DNA of 64,000 nt from Octopus bimaculoides (GCF_001194135.2 NC_068985.1:104751533-104815532); one strand, 5' to 3'. Positions 12,279 to 25,299 are shown, counted from the first letter of the stretch. Made by a program: numbers and translations. The notes: generated by a model from the letters alone, not told the origin.

Positions 12279-12937
12279 CTTTTATCTGTTTCAGTCATCA
12301 GACTGCAACCATGCTGGGGCACCACCTTGTGCTGGAGCACTTGAAAGAATGAAGTTCATTGACCAGTATAGACACACACATACACACACACAAACAACAG
12401 GCTTCTGAACAGTTTTTGTCTCCTAAATTCCATTCACAAGGTATTCGTCAATGCAAGACTATAGCAGAAAACACTTGACCATGATGTCATGTAATGGGAA
12501 TGAACTTGGCACCATATGGTTGCAAAACGAACTTCTTAGCCACACTGACATACCTACAGTTCCTCTATCTTTCTTTCTCTTCCTCACTGCTTCTCTCTGT
12601 ATATATGAATACATATCAAGAGAAAAAGGTACCTTTTAACATCATACAAAATAACCACATTAAATAAAGTAAATGCCATTATCACCATCATCATTGTTGA
12701 ACAGGTTTTTCTAAGGCAGTGTTTTATAGCTGATCTCCTAACAGCTCCTTTATAATTACCCACTAATCACCATATTATGTTAGCAGTCCTTTAATCCAGC
12801 CTGTCACTTGTTTAAATCCTTTTAATCAAGCAATTAAAGCAATTGCTGGTGAGATTCAGCCAGTGAACCCACTTATATGTTCTCCTTAACAGCTCTAAAT
12901 TGAAACGGCTTCATTTGCATAAGAAATGTATATTACA

Positions 12938-13110
12938 ATATTTACATTTGACGGATATTTGTCCTCATCTTGTTTGTTGTTAACACAACATTTCAGCTGA
13001 TACACCCACCAGCCTTCATCAGGTGTCTTGGGGAAATTTCAAACCTGGGTTCTCATTCTTAAGGTATTTTTCGATGTTAATATTATTATTATTCAGGTTA
13101 CTGCTTGCAA
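12938..13110 (-). mobile_element. Inverted headless copy of the hammerhead-bearing SINE-like element
   Basis: Reverse complement of about 13177-13345 with scattered substitutions. It ends immediately before the tRNA-like head. Confidence 0.85.
12982..13027 (-). ncRNA. Minimal type I hammerhead ribozyme motif (Penelope-like), decayed
   Basis: Minus strand GACAC-CTGATGA-A-GGCTG(GTGGGTGTAT)CAGCT-GAAA-T-GTT^GTGTT. Stem I GACAC/GTGTT, stem II GGCTG/CAGCT, loopless palindromic helix III. Confidence 0.65.
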
Positions 13111-13377
13111 TTGCCTGTGGGCATATGGCATAGTGGTTAAGAGCACAGGCTACTAACCCCAAGATTCTGAGTTCGACTCCAAACAGTGACCTGATTAATA
13201 ATAACATCAAAAAATACCTTGGGAATGAAAACCCAGGTTCAAAATTTCCCCAAGACACCTGATGAAGGCTGGAGGGTATATCAGCTGAAACGTCGTATTA
13301 ACAGCAAACAAGATGAAGACAAATGTCCATGAAATGTAAATAATGTACATAATTCCTCATCTCTTAAATATAGAACT
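13111..13377 (+). mobile_element. tRNA-headed SINE-like element carrying a hammerhead motif
   Basis: A box TGGCATAGTGG at 13126-13136, tRNA-like anticodon arm GGCTACTAACC, B box GAGTTCGACTCC at 13169-13180. The body contains CTGATGA...GAAAC. The first TTTT run is at 13393-13396. Confidence 0.8.
13254..13299 (+). ncRNA. Minimal type I hammerhead ribozyme motif (Penelope-like)
   Basis: GACAC-CTGATGA-A-GGCTG(GAGGGTATAT)CAGCT-GAAA-C-GTC^GTATT. Core is conserved, GUC triplet gives predicted cleavage after 13294, and stem I has one mismatch. Confidence 0.7.
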
Positions 13378-13907
13378 AAATGTATTACTTGATTTTAAAA
13401 AATGCAATCAATTTCTTCCCTATTGAAATACACTTTTAAATAATATGATAGGTTCAAAATGAAATTTGTTAGCAAAACATACATGAATAACAAACAACCT
13501 CACACACACAAACCAATGTGAGAGCCTCTCTCCATAGTCATTCAACTGCTAAAAATAGTAGGCAAATTTCTTTAAAATCATACACTGCTACTTTTAAAAA
13601 GTCTGTATAAAAGTCAGGATGCTTATAGCATGAGCCTTTGTCCATAGGTCTACTCAATTAGGGCTGACCTTGGGCTCAACAACACGTGCACGCACGCACA
13701 CACACGCGCACACACACACACACACACACACNNNNNNNNNNNNNNNNNNNNNNNNNNNNNNNNNNNNNNNNNNNNNNNNNNNNNNNNNNNNNNNNNNNNN
13801 NNNNNNNNNNNNNNNNNNNNNNNNNNNNNNNNNNNNNNNNNNNNNNNNNNNNNNNNNNNNNNNNNNNNNNNNNNNNNNNNNNNNNNNNNNNNNNNNNNNN
13901 NNNNNNN

Positions 13908-13944
<37 letters not shown>

Positions 13945-14166
13945 AACAGATAATTTTTTTAAATTATAAAATTTTTCAGCATTTGATCTGAAAGACAATT
14001 GTTTTAGCACATTTTGAAATAATAGCCTATTATTTATTACAAAGGGATATTTGGAGAAAGAGGCCTCAAAACCATTTGCAATCTATCCAAAACCTGTCCA
14101 AAAATAGTTTTGGTTTTCTTCGGCCAGGTACATATGTGAGAGATAGAGAGAAAGAAGCATCCTCAC

Positions 14167-14404
14167 CTGGTGGCCCAGTGTATGGTCGAGTGTGTGAAGT
14201 ATCTGCAGGGTTGGAATTAAAGGTGGTAGGAGGTGCTGCAGCAGCCGTAGCGATCTTCCGTGGACTGCCACTCTGAACAGTTGAACAACTATCGTTTAGA
14301 CTTGGAGCATCCTGCAGCATTTCATTCAAATCCTTCTCAAATGTGTCCTCCTCATTGTCCGGTGCACCATTAGAAACAGCACGTTGGGGGGTTTCAGCTG
14401 ACAT
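14167..14404 (-). CDS. First clear coding exon of a long minus-strand gene (unknown protein, low-complexity Ser/Pro/Ala/acidic N-terminus)
   Basis: Acceptor TTTCTTTATTTTAG|AAGCCATG (exon starts 14409) with good Kozak context and donor CCAG|GTGAGG. GC-rich open frame MSAETPQRAVSNGAPDNEEDTFEKDL...RPYTGPP plus 1 nt (phase 1). Confidence 0.75.
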
Positions 14405-14825
14405 GGCTTCTAAAATAAAGAAAATCAAATTTGACACATTTTAAAACTGATGAGTATGTGTGTGTGTGTGCGTGCGTGTGTATGTGTGCGTGTGTATGTG
14501 TGCGTGTGTTATGAAAGCCACAACTATGTTCGGGTCATTTTTATTTTATTTTTTATGGTTTTCCATAAAAGTTACATATTTTTCATAGTTTCAAACATTA
14601 ATAGTCCTAACTCCATCAATACTTCTAGGTTCTCATAATCTTATCTGATAGCATATGCTATAATTGGTAGTCACTGAATATAATGTAAGAGAAACATGAG
14701 TGTTTCGAATGCATTCTCTTGTTTGGTCTCAAAAAAAAAAAAAAAAAAGAATTACTGATTTGTAATATTTTAATTTATCATTGAAGTCTACTAAAAACCA
14801 AACTTTAACATCATTGAATCTTTTA

Positions 14826-15052
14826 CCATCATCATCATCATCATTGTTTAACATCCACCTTCCATGCTACATGGGTTGGACGATTTGACTGAGGACTGAT
14901 GAACCAGATGGCTACACCAGGCTCCAATCTGATTTGGCAGAGTTTCTACAGCTGGATGCCCTTCCTAACGCCAACCACTCCTAGAGTGTAGTGGGTGCTT
15001 TTACATGCCACCAACACGAAGGCCAGTCAGGCGGTACTGGCAATGGCCAAGC
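14826..15052 (-). mobile_element. RTE LINE 3' tail
   Basis: Reverse complement of the family tail, ending in (GAT)n. Confidence 0.85.
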
Positions 15053-15310
15053 ATTTTAGAAAAGACTTGTAACTGATATATGTGATACTCCTAAAACAAT
15101 TGAACAACTGATATCCCTTAACTTAGTTAATTAATCAACTAATGAGCCAATTTTAGGTGATGGCATTTGAAAACCAAAACAAGTAAAACTAATCAGTTAA
15201 AAATATAGATCTCTGTAGAACAAGATCTCAAAAGTTGGAAAAAACTGGAGTCTTATGAAATACTACCAGCCAGGTGTGTGAGAAACGTTTAACAAATAAT
15301 TAATGAGACC

Positions 15311-15398
15311 AATATTCTTCCATTAATGTACAAATATTCTTCCATTAATGTACAAATATTCTTCCATTAATGTACAAATATTCTTCCATTAATGTACA
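15311..15398. repeat. 22-bp minisatellite, 4 perfect copies
   Basis: (AATATTCTTCCATTAATGTACA)x4. Confidence 0.95.
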
Positions 15399-15444
15399 AA
15401 TTAATGTTACAACTCAATAATTACATTGTTAATATTAGTCTGCT

Positions 15445-15650
15445 TAAAGGCAGCAAACTCGCAGAATCGTTATCACTCCAGGCAAAATGCTTGGTGGCAT
15501 TTTGTCTGTCTTCATGTTCTGAGTTCAAATTCCACTGAGGTCGACGTTGCTTGTCATCCTTTCAGCGTTGATAAAATAAGTACCAGTTGAAAACTGGAGT
15601 CAATCTATTTGACTTAACCCTTGTCTGAAATTGTTGACTTTGTAACAAAA
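15445..15650 (+). mobile_element. Family A (Nin/Deu-like) SINE
   Basis: AAGGCAGCAAACTCGCAGAATCGTT...GAGGTCGACGTTGCTTGTCATCCTTTCAGCGTTGATAAAATAAGTACCAG. Confidence 0.8.
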
Positions 15651-16932
15651 TTTGTAATTAATATTAGTCTGCCAAAATTTTCTTTCAATTGCTTGTTGAA
15701 AAAATGTAATTCTTAACAGTTTTAAAAATCACAACAAAGTAAAAATATCTAAAGCTGATTACATGTGTGTATGATTCTAGATACAAGAGAAGTGTTTTCC
15801 TCATATAAAAAATTAGTTAAGTCCATGTAGGGGATTACTGTAGTATTTTGATAGTTAACAAATAAAAATTGAGGATATGATTTCCCAGAGATATGTAATA
15901 ATAGTACATTAAGCTTTGATGAGATAATGAAGATATTCATTAACTATTCTTATCACAGCAAATAATTGTATCATCAGCAGCAAAAGCATTTTACATTCAC
16001 TTTTCCATTTTTAAACGGGATGGACCATTTTTCTGAAACTCTTTTATAATCAGAATCTGTTCCTGTTGCCAATCCATTTCATCACATCTTATGACACATG
16101 GGAAAGTGGTGTACTTATTCTTAGTTTGGGACACATATGGTAAAATGCAAATAATTGTTTCTATAGCCTTTTTTTATCATTATTAATAATACTGTTTAAC
16201 TTCTATAAATAGTTAAACAATTGATCAAAACCAATAGATTACTGTGAGCAATAAGAAAAGCTAAATATCTACCAAAAATGTTAAAGAATATTTTTTTTAA
16301 ATCAGCTTTCAAGCAAACAGTCAGCAAAAATGGTCAAATTAGTTCACTTTAATTAACCTCCTTAGAGTAATTAAGAGATTTTTAATGTCACAAGAAGATC
16401 TACAACAGTCTCAATTTCTGACAAGCAACATTTAAACAGTGAAAAAATTAATATTCAAATATGTGCTTCCTCTTGGATAGATTTCAGCTTTAAGTAAAGC
16501 TAAGCAATGCAATAAACAGCAAATAAATAAAATTGATAGCTCAATAAAAAATAATACAGTCTTATTTATTCATTCATTTTGTAGAGCCTCAGGTCAACAG
16601 CAATAATAAAATAGTCACTCAAAACAATCGGATGTTCATTGTTCTTTGTTCTTCATTGTTTCAGATTCACCTATTTAGTATTATGCATTCCAGAAATAAC
16701 ATACAAAGTAGTTTGTAATTTCTACATACACTAAAGGATACAAGAAACTGAAGTACTTTTTAGAGTGAAAGGATCAAAAATTCTTCAAATTGTCTCTTTT
16801 TATGATGTCTATGCAGTCTAAAATGAAAAGCCAAGTCAAAAAATGTGATACTAGAGTTTGAATTATGTTGGTCACATCACTTTATAAATGCTAGTGAACA
16901 GCTACTTATTCCTGCACTAATATTTTTTAATG

Positions 16933-17160
16933 GAAGGCAGCAAGCTGGCAGAAACATTAGCACACCAGGCAAAAAGCTTAACAGTATTTCGTCTGTCTTT
17001 ACATTCTGAGTTCAAATTCCACCGAGGTCAATCAACTTTACCTTTCATCCTTTCAGGGTTGATAAATTAAGTACCAGTTGCATATTAGGGAGTCAATCTA
17101 ATCAACTGCCCCCCCCTCCCCAAAAATGTTGAGCCTTGTGCTTAGAGTAGAAAAGAATAT
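16933..17160 (+). mobile_element. Family A (Nin/Deu-like) SINE
   Basis: Same family motifs, CpG-decayed. A further diverged minus-strand copy lies at about 17283-17440. Confidence 0.8.
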
Positions 17161-18829
17161 TTTTTAATGGCATATATTTGTATGAAATATATTGTATTTC
17201 TAGATAGGGGGATTTGACTGAAAAAAAGTGTAGATTACAATTATACAAAAAAAAGTTAAAAGGGAGAATGAAATTGTTTCTAACATAGGCACTAGGCCAC
17301 AATTTTGAGGGGAGGAGGTCATCAACTCCAGTATTTGACTGGTACTTTATTTCATCAATCTTAGAGGACAGAAGGCTAAGCTGACCTCAATAGAATTTGA
17401 ACTCAAAACATAATGAGTCAGAAAAAATACTGAAACTGCCAGCTAATAATTGTACTTTTCCTTTTACATGCCAGAAAAATTACTGAAATTACAAAGGACT
17501 TGAATACAAACCACTGGTCTTTGTTTCAAACTTTGCTATAGTAAGTAGATTGTGTTATACAGCTAAAGATGGCATATGACTACTTCCTAAGTTAGTCTAG
17601 CTAAAAATAGGCACCTCACCGATTTACTGGTTAAATGGTTAATGGTAGGGAATATTTCATACAGTAATATCTATATTGGCAAGAGCCATCTCCACATGTT
17701 AGCTTGAAATAATGCATGTCAAGTAGTTTTTTAAAAATAATTAGCCACACATGAAATTGTTTGGTTTTTTTTTTTCATTGTACTTGGAAATTAGGTCTGT
17801 AAACCCAGCTAAAACCAGACCAATTTGCTTTATAGAATGAAAGAAGCAACAAATAAAACAAAGTACATGCTAGAAATAACCACATGCTGAACCAATTTAG
17901 CTGTTTTCATCTATTTATATCGTTAGAAACTAGGGGTTTTTTTTTTTCCAGAACAGCCTAGAAGAACAATCACCGAATGGAAGACAGATATACTTGCACA
18001 ATAAATATTAGCTAACCTGCAGAAGACTGTACAAAAATTGATCCTTCCGCTCTCTCTGTCTCTCTATCTCTTTCTCACACACATACACACAAAAGTAATC
18101 CATACAGACCATTAAAGAAGAATATTCCATTTGCTTCAGCAAAAATTCTAACAAGGAGTTATATTGTTTATTGGCCTTATTCATACAGAGCTGAGTAAAA
18201 AAATTTGTCATTAATTCACAATGGCAACAGTCAAGACGCACACCCAGTTCTCCTGTCTAGGAAATATGCAGCATGCAGAGGTAATTTTCATTGTTGTAAG
18301 CAGTAACAGCACATGTAATTGATGGATGATACACGAGATGACAACTTTTAATTTAAATCCTACCACAGCTTGAAGAGATAGGGTTCTACATGGTTAATTT
18401 ACCATAGATGTGCTATAGGGAAGGCTTCAGTAAAAACTAATATTTCATCATGCATACTTTACCTTTAAAATTAGTAACACAAACAGTAGCAAATATGACT
18501 AGATTAATTAGAATGTCTAGCCTTATGCCTCAGAGTACAATTCATGTCTGAACTAATTTATTCACCTTTCATACAGCAGTAATAACAGAAGTATCAGCAA
18601 GCTATTGCAGTTATTACAATCAATTACAAACAAAACCAACTTTGCATTTTGACATAAGAGAAATCTTGTCATTTGTTACCTATTGTTATCCTGAAATGTC
18701 ATCCCAATCTGAAACTGTTTCTAAATTTAAAAAGCTGACAATTGGATCATTTTTGCCATCTGAGCCACTGTCTGTATTCTCTCATATACTCACCTTCTTG
18801 TACCTTGAGAGTCTACCCTAACACCTCAT

Positions 18830-19203
18830 CACCACCATCTTTCTCTCTTTTCCAGCTACTCCCACTTACCCTTATATAATCTGGTGTGACCATGCACCTC
18901 CTCTGTAGCAAGGCACTTGTGCCTGGCACTCTCAACACTAGAATAAAGCCACCTCTTTCAATACTACACTCCCACTCAGTTAAGGCCTTTTTTTGCATTG
19001 TCTTGCAAGTTATTTGGCAACCTTACTAGGGTTGGTGCACCAAAAAACACCCAGTACACTCTGTAAAGTAGTTTGAGTTAGAGAAGGGCATCCAGCCATA
19101 GAAATCATGCCAAAGCAAACAATGAAATCTGATGCAGTCCTTCAGCTCACCATCTAACCTATTGCTAGTATTAAAGATAAATGTTAAATGATGATGATGA
19201 TGA
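18830..19203 (+). mobile_element. Diverged RTE LINE 3' UTR/tail
   Basis: GAGAAGGGCATCCAGCCATAGAAA...AAATGTTAAATGATGATGATGA. Confidence 0.7.
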
Positions 19204-20787
19204 AATGTAATCATCCATCTATACATCTAGAAAATATTTTAAGAATTAGCTTGAGAAACTTCACCAAGAGAATGGAAAGAATTATTATGCTTAACTAATC
19301 TACTGAATGAGTATTAAATGTGTCAATAACATACATTTACTTTTCTATTTTGTCTCGTACACCCAGCAACAACCCTAAAAAAAATGTCTATTTATATTTT
19401 CTGTTAATTCATGTTGCCTTTAAAACTATCCAAAAGATGCAAAGTACACAATTTAGATACATCTGGTAATAATTCTCATGAATTAACTAACCCTTCATTC
19501 TTCATATACAACTTACATCTTGGTAAACAGCAGACCAAACACACCCGTTCACTATTTTCAGTTACATGAGCACTACACTGTTGATTTTTGTAATATATTT
19601 ATTAGAACCAAATTCAGTGACAACAATGGGTCCATAAAAAAATACCCATTTTGCAACCCAATAATATGAAACTTGCCAATTTTCAGTGACATATAGCATA
19701 ACCCACCAGAGCAGTATTTACTTAATGCTAATTTGCCTACCTATACATATATTGTATCTATTAGATGAATAAAGTTATATAGCTGAAAAACAGCACAGAT
19801 AGAAGACTGAAGACCTGAATGAAGACTACATAAGGAAACAAAACCTCTTCTATCTTCATGTAAAGGCTGGAGAATACGGTTACTGTTATAGTATAATTAG
19901 ACACACAATTGAGTTCTATGAGACTCAACACCTCTTTTACCCACACTAACAGGAACAAATGTGCTGTAATTTTATTGAGCTATGTGTAGGGCCATTGAGA
20001 ACAAAGATTCTAAGACACAAATAAAACACAATAATTTTATGGTATACAAGCCACCAATACGCTAGTGCCTCAGCTATCTGCAATTAATATATGTCATATA
20101 GATAACACATACCTTCCTTATTCAATTACATATTCAACTGATTTCACCTCATTTCATTCTGAAATGTCAATGAAATTTAGACAAAAATAATTTTAGTCCT
20201 GAACACTTTTATGTTAGCGTCAAGAATTAATATGAACAGAATATTTGGCAAACTTCCATTTTTTGTTTCTTTGTTAAATATACTGGATGACTAATTCTTT
20301 GTGCTGTTTTGAAGTATAATGCCTTATTATCCCACCTTTCCAATTAGCTTTGTCTTCAGTTCCACCACCTTGCTACTTGCTACCCAGCAAGACCTCAGCT
20401 TCATCCACAAGATTAATCAGTGGCCATCACTGCTTTCAGCTTCATCTCACATCTTGATCAAATCTGCGCATTTTATCATCATTTGAAAAAGCTTGACATT
20501 CCAACAGCCTATAGTGATTATAATAAACAACTGACAATTCAATGCAATGTCAAAAAGAGTGAAATAATATGAGAAGCAGATGACATGCCACTGAAACTGC
20601 TGTCTGGCGAAGATAGACTATTTCAGCACTCTCACTAAAATCTAGAAAAACAGTAAGGAGGATCATACAGTTCAAATGAAACATAGTATTCAACACGGTT
20701 GTGCACTTTCGTCAACTTTATTTAACTAAATGTTTGACTGGGTGATATCCACTGTTCTTCTTTGGTACAACAGGATTTAAGCTATAC

Positions 20788-21381
20788 TCTTTTACTCTTT
20801 ACTCTTTTACTCGTTTCAGTCATTTGACTGTGGCCATGCTGGAGCACTGCCTTTAGTCGAGCAAATCAACCCAAGACTTATTCTTTGTAAGCCTAGTACT
20901 TATTCTATCAAGAATCTTTTGCCAAACCGCTAAGTTACGGGGACGTAAACACATCAGCATCGGTTGTCAAGCGATGTTGGGGGGACAAACACAGACACAC
21001 AAAATATATATCAATATACACAAGAGAAAAAGGCCAGGTCAGTTCCTTCTCAATTTTAGTCGATTGTCAAAGAATATGTATGAGAATATGTATATGTATA
21101 TGTATTTTTCCATATGTGTATTTTCATACACTGTTTTTAACACTGTTTTTAACAATTTCACCTTAATATGACAATCAGTATGTAACACTACAAAGTTCAT
21201 ACAAAGCTTTATACTTTAAATATATTTTATCATCAAAGAATGTATATATGCATTTTAATACTCAGACTGTCTTTTAACATTTTTTATTATTCTCAAAGAC
21301 TTTTGATAATCTTTTTCTAAAAAAGTGAAACCGGTTAAGTAAATAAATATTTTTAAAAAATAAGTGCATTTTCAAACCTTC

Positions 21382-21414
<33 letters not shown>

Positions 21415-21575
21415 CGACGGGCTTCTTTCAGTTTCCGTCTACCAAATCCACTCACAAGGCTTTGGTCGGCCCAAGGCTATAGTAGAAGACACTTGCCCAA
21501 GGTGCCACGCAGTGGGACTGAACCCAGAACCATGTGGTTCATAAGCAAGCTACTTACCACTCAGCTACTCCTACA
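20788..21575 (-). mobile_element. CORE-like SINE (family B) split at its internal (TA)n by ~375 bp of unrelated sequence
   Basis: The 3' half at 20788-21012 (tail (AAAGAGT)n) and the head at 21388-21575 are collinear with the intact copy at 61803-62133. Confidence 0.75.
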
Positions 21576-21639
21576 CCTATGATAAATAATTTTTTTTAAT
21601 TTTAACTGTACTTAATAACATTTCCCTTCTGAGCTCATC

Positions 21640-22230
21640 CTATATTGATCTGCAGATCATGATGGAAGACTTCTTGAAAGCTTTAAGCTAAGTCGGTTGA
21701 AAGTTAAATGCAGTCAACATCAACATCTTATGAGCTGACTTTAGAGGTGGCCAAAGTTAACAACATTCAAAACTAATGGAGGAGTTTGTTTACTTTGGCT
21801 CTTTCTTCCTCCTACAACTGGTTATGTCAAGAAACAATTGAGAAGCACATTATAGTAGCTTGAACTACCATCATAAGATTGGAATTTGCCCTTTGATCCT
21901 ATAGGGAAATTAAGCTCTGCACAATATTCCATTCCATTCATTGTGATTGTAGAATGTGGTTCTAATCAAGGAACTTCATCATCTGAAAGTATTTGACATC
22001 TGATGTCTGAGAACAAAACTATGATACTGTCTTATTGACAAAATGAATCAGATAATCCTTAAATCAAGTTTAACCTAACCAGAGACAGACAACGATAGAC
22101 TGAAGTTATCTGGGTGATGGTTCAACTGGATAAGGCAGCTTTGTCTACAAGATGAATGATGACATAGTAAATAAATCCTTGTTAACCACAATTCCACTGA
22201 AGGAAACGCATTTCTTTCCAGACTGCCTTC
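21640..22230 (+). mobile_element. Degraded RTE LINE reverse transcriptase C-terminal fragment
   Basis: Broken frames read KLMEEFVYFGS, KLCTIFHS...CRMW and HLKVFDI*CLR, resembling the RTE motifs VEEFVYLGS, CETW and LEVFDMRCLR. Confidence 0.65.
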
Positions 22231-23359
22231 TTAACTGTGCATATTTTGTGCTTTCCCTGAACAACAAGTAGCCAGTACAGATCAAACTACCTCATTGGCC
22301 TTACAGTGCATACTGTAAATTCCAAGATGTCCTATTAAAAGAGAATAAGAGATAGATGTTAAAGCTAAAAAAAAGACCTACATCATGAAAACACATGCTT
22401 GCATAAATATAAACTCACATTCATGCAAATATATGTTACATACATAGCTATTGTATATCTTTCCCATCTGGCTACACTTCAGAATAGTATTGATCTTGGC
22501 TACAACACTTGCAACACGTTACAGATCAAAGAATAAGGTTTGTACTATCAATAGGAATTATCACTCACAGAACATCAATAACTACCATGTGGTAACAAAC
22601 AGTTTACTCTACACATGAAATGCATCCAAAGAAGGAATAGCAGTCAATCTCCCATCAGATTCTAAACCAATGTTACACAAAAATTTTATATTACATTTTA
22701 ACTACAGAAAATTTGATATCAATAACTTTATAAAAATGTGTTACAATACTGACAGACATTAAATCACCCACAAAGACAAGATATTCTAAAACCCTTGTAT
22801 CTTATTTGAACTCCAGAATATTAACCAAGAAAAATTCTAAAATGAAAATGATATTGCTATGTTTATTCAAAATGGTTAACTCTTAGCAGATAACAACAAC
22901 AATATTGACTCAGACAGGAAAATTGAAATATATTTTATCAGACTTCCATTAGAAACTAAAAGCTCTGTGAAATAAATATATTGCTGATGAAAAACAGAAG
23001 TGTGTATACTTTTAACTATCTCTACACAAAAATATATACACTGACATTTATGCATAACCAGACAGAAAGTAGCATAAAAAGTTGCAACACAGTTTTTATC
23101 TTATTCGTCAAGCCATAATAGATGAAAAGCCAATCCAAAAGGATTGTGAAACATGATTTAGCAAATCAATACAAAAAAAAAAATAATAAAATAATTGCAA
23201 TCAAGCTAAACTATAAACATTTTAAAAATAACAATGCATCTTAGCAATTTTATAAAGAAACTCACACTTTGTTTGTTGCTAGTAAAATGTTATTTCTATA
23301 CTAAAAGGAGATATATATATACATTACAGACAAGAAGTATAATAGTGTTATTTTGTTTT

Positions 23360-24190
23360 ATATAAGATAGTCAATGGAGGATGGACAATGTTGGTGATTC
23401 TTGCAAGCCCTACCAAAAAGGTGCCAGTAAATGTTAAGCATGAATATTGCAGATCAATGTTTGCAGCAAAAGTATGAAATTTCAGTGGAAGTGCTGCAAA
23501 TAGAACCATCTTGATTGTTAAGTAGAGACAGGATAATTCAAAAATGTTGATAGAGACCATCTTGGCAAAGAACTGAAAGGCTCTGCTGCAACTTCGTAGT
23601 TGGGAAAAATTGCAGGCTATGATAAAGGAACCTTTACCTTTCTGATGGCAACCTTGCAGTTAGTGTGGTGGGGGACAAGAAAACACTGACATTGGAGGGA
23701 ATACCAGAGGGATGACATTCTGGGGAGGGAGTATTACAGAAAATGGCTAACGTGGGGTCTGAAGAGAGATAAGTGGGTCAAGGCCTGAGTGGAAATGGAA
23801 TAAGATTAACTATGTCTGAGGAACAAAAGTCATTAAGTTGTAAAAAAAAAGGCATTCTAACATTGTCAAGAGACTGCTGACTGTGAACCAAAGTTTGGCA
23901 AATGATTTCATGATAGTTACTTGGGTGGCCTTTTTTTTACCGTCTTTTTCTTGAGTATTGTCTAGGTTGTCTGTACATGGAAATTTAGCACGGTCTGTAC
24001 TAGATATAGCAGTAGTACTCCGATCTGAATACATGATTAGTAATTGCAGGAAGCTGAACTATTTTCTAGTTCTGGAAAGAAGGACCAGTCTTTGTGATGT
24101 ACCCTTTTGACAGGTAGAGGATGCATCTAGGAGACCACTTGACCCACTACAGGCAGCAAGACCAGATGAGATAATGTAGCATCTGGGAGA
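23360..24190 (-). mobile_element. Possible old CR1/L2-like LINE fragment
   Basis: GC-elevated block with broken minus-strand frames loosely resembling the inter-domain region of CR1-type ORF2. No decisive motif. Confidence 0.3.
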
Positions 24191-25257
24191 GGATGGCTTG
24201 GAACTAAATGATAATAGTGTAAAAAGCAATTGAAAGCAGACAAGATTTGAGAGAGAGAAGAGGCGCTAGAGACAGACAGACAGACAGACAGACGAAGACT
24301 ATGAAAAATATGTTAATACCAAACAATTAGGTCAGGCCTGAAAATGTTAGACTTCACCATTAGCATGATGCAAGAAAAAAATTCAACCAATCATTGCATG
24401 GAACAACACATGAAAAAAAAATTAAACACGACATAGTCCTCCAGGTTAAATTAATATCATCACAGCTAATTGATATCATCTTCATCAAGAGGAGTCTTCA
24501 ATTGAAAAATAGATAAACATTTTTAGTGCTATACCATACTGCAGAATATAACTAAAGATTTTTAGTCAACACTGTATGTATAGACAAATGCAGATGTAAA
24601 TATCTTGTCTTTTTTACACTCAATATCTTCATGGACAAAACACAAGAGGTCAAGTGAATTAGTTTCAGTTTGCGTTAGTATTTCATCAGCCACTGTGTAC
24701 TGTCTTTAACTATCCACAGAGATATATAGATCCAATATTACTTATGCTCATAAATCCAATATTACTAAGGGCATTAAGTAAACTAGGCAGACTAATTTGC
24801 AGATATAATAGCAACCAGAATGCTTTGTACATTTCTCAAGAGTAATGACTGAATGGCAGTCTTCCTACCACTACCTTGATAATCAGAGAAAGAAGAACTA
24901 TTATGCAGGGCACTGCTGGAGAAGCAAGGATAAAACATCCAGCAATTGCCTTCTCTAGAAACCCACATGTGAACATACAGGTATTGGTAGACCAAGAAGA
25001 GCATATATCAATTAACATGTGGTAGACACTAGATATCAAGCTGAGGATATGAAGTCTGTTATGAAAAATTAGGACATTGGGCATGGAAGAGTTGCATTGG
25101 TCTGGGCAAGTCGCCCAACCAGATAGATAGAAAGGTAGCCAGTTCATTTAGTAAATCACTAGTGCATTAATAGTGCTTTATTTCAATGTGATAATGCAGT
25201 AGAGTGAGAGTGAGTGAGTGAGTGAGTGAGTGAGTGAGTGTGCGCACACGCACACAC

Positions 25258-25299
<42 letters not shown>

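Noticed and set aside
15311-15398. CRISPR-like array
   Set aside because: Units are directly adjacent with no spacers, there are no cas genes, and the context is eukaryotic.
18680-18720. 41-nt minus-strand microexon (TTTAG|...AATAG|GTAAC)
   Set aside because: Only modest splice signals. It contains a stop in the phase-1 frame and has no other support.
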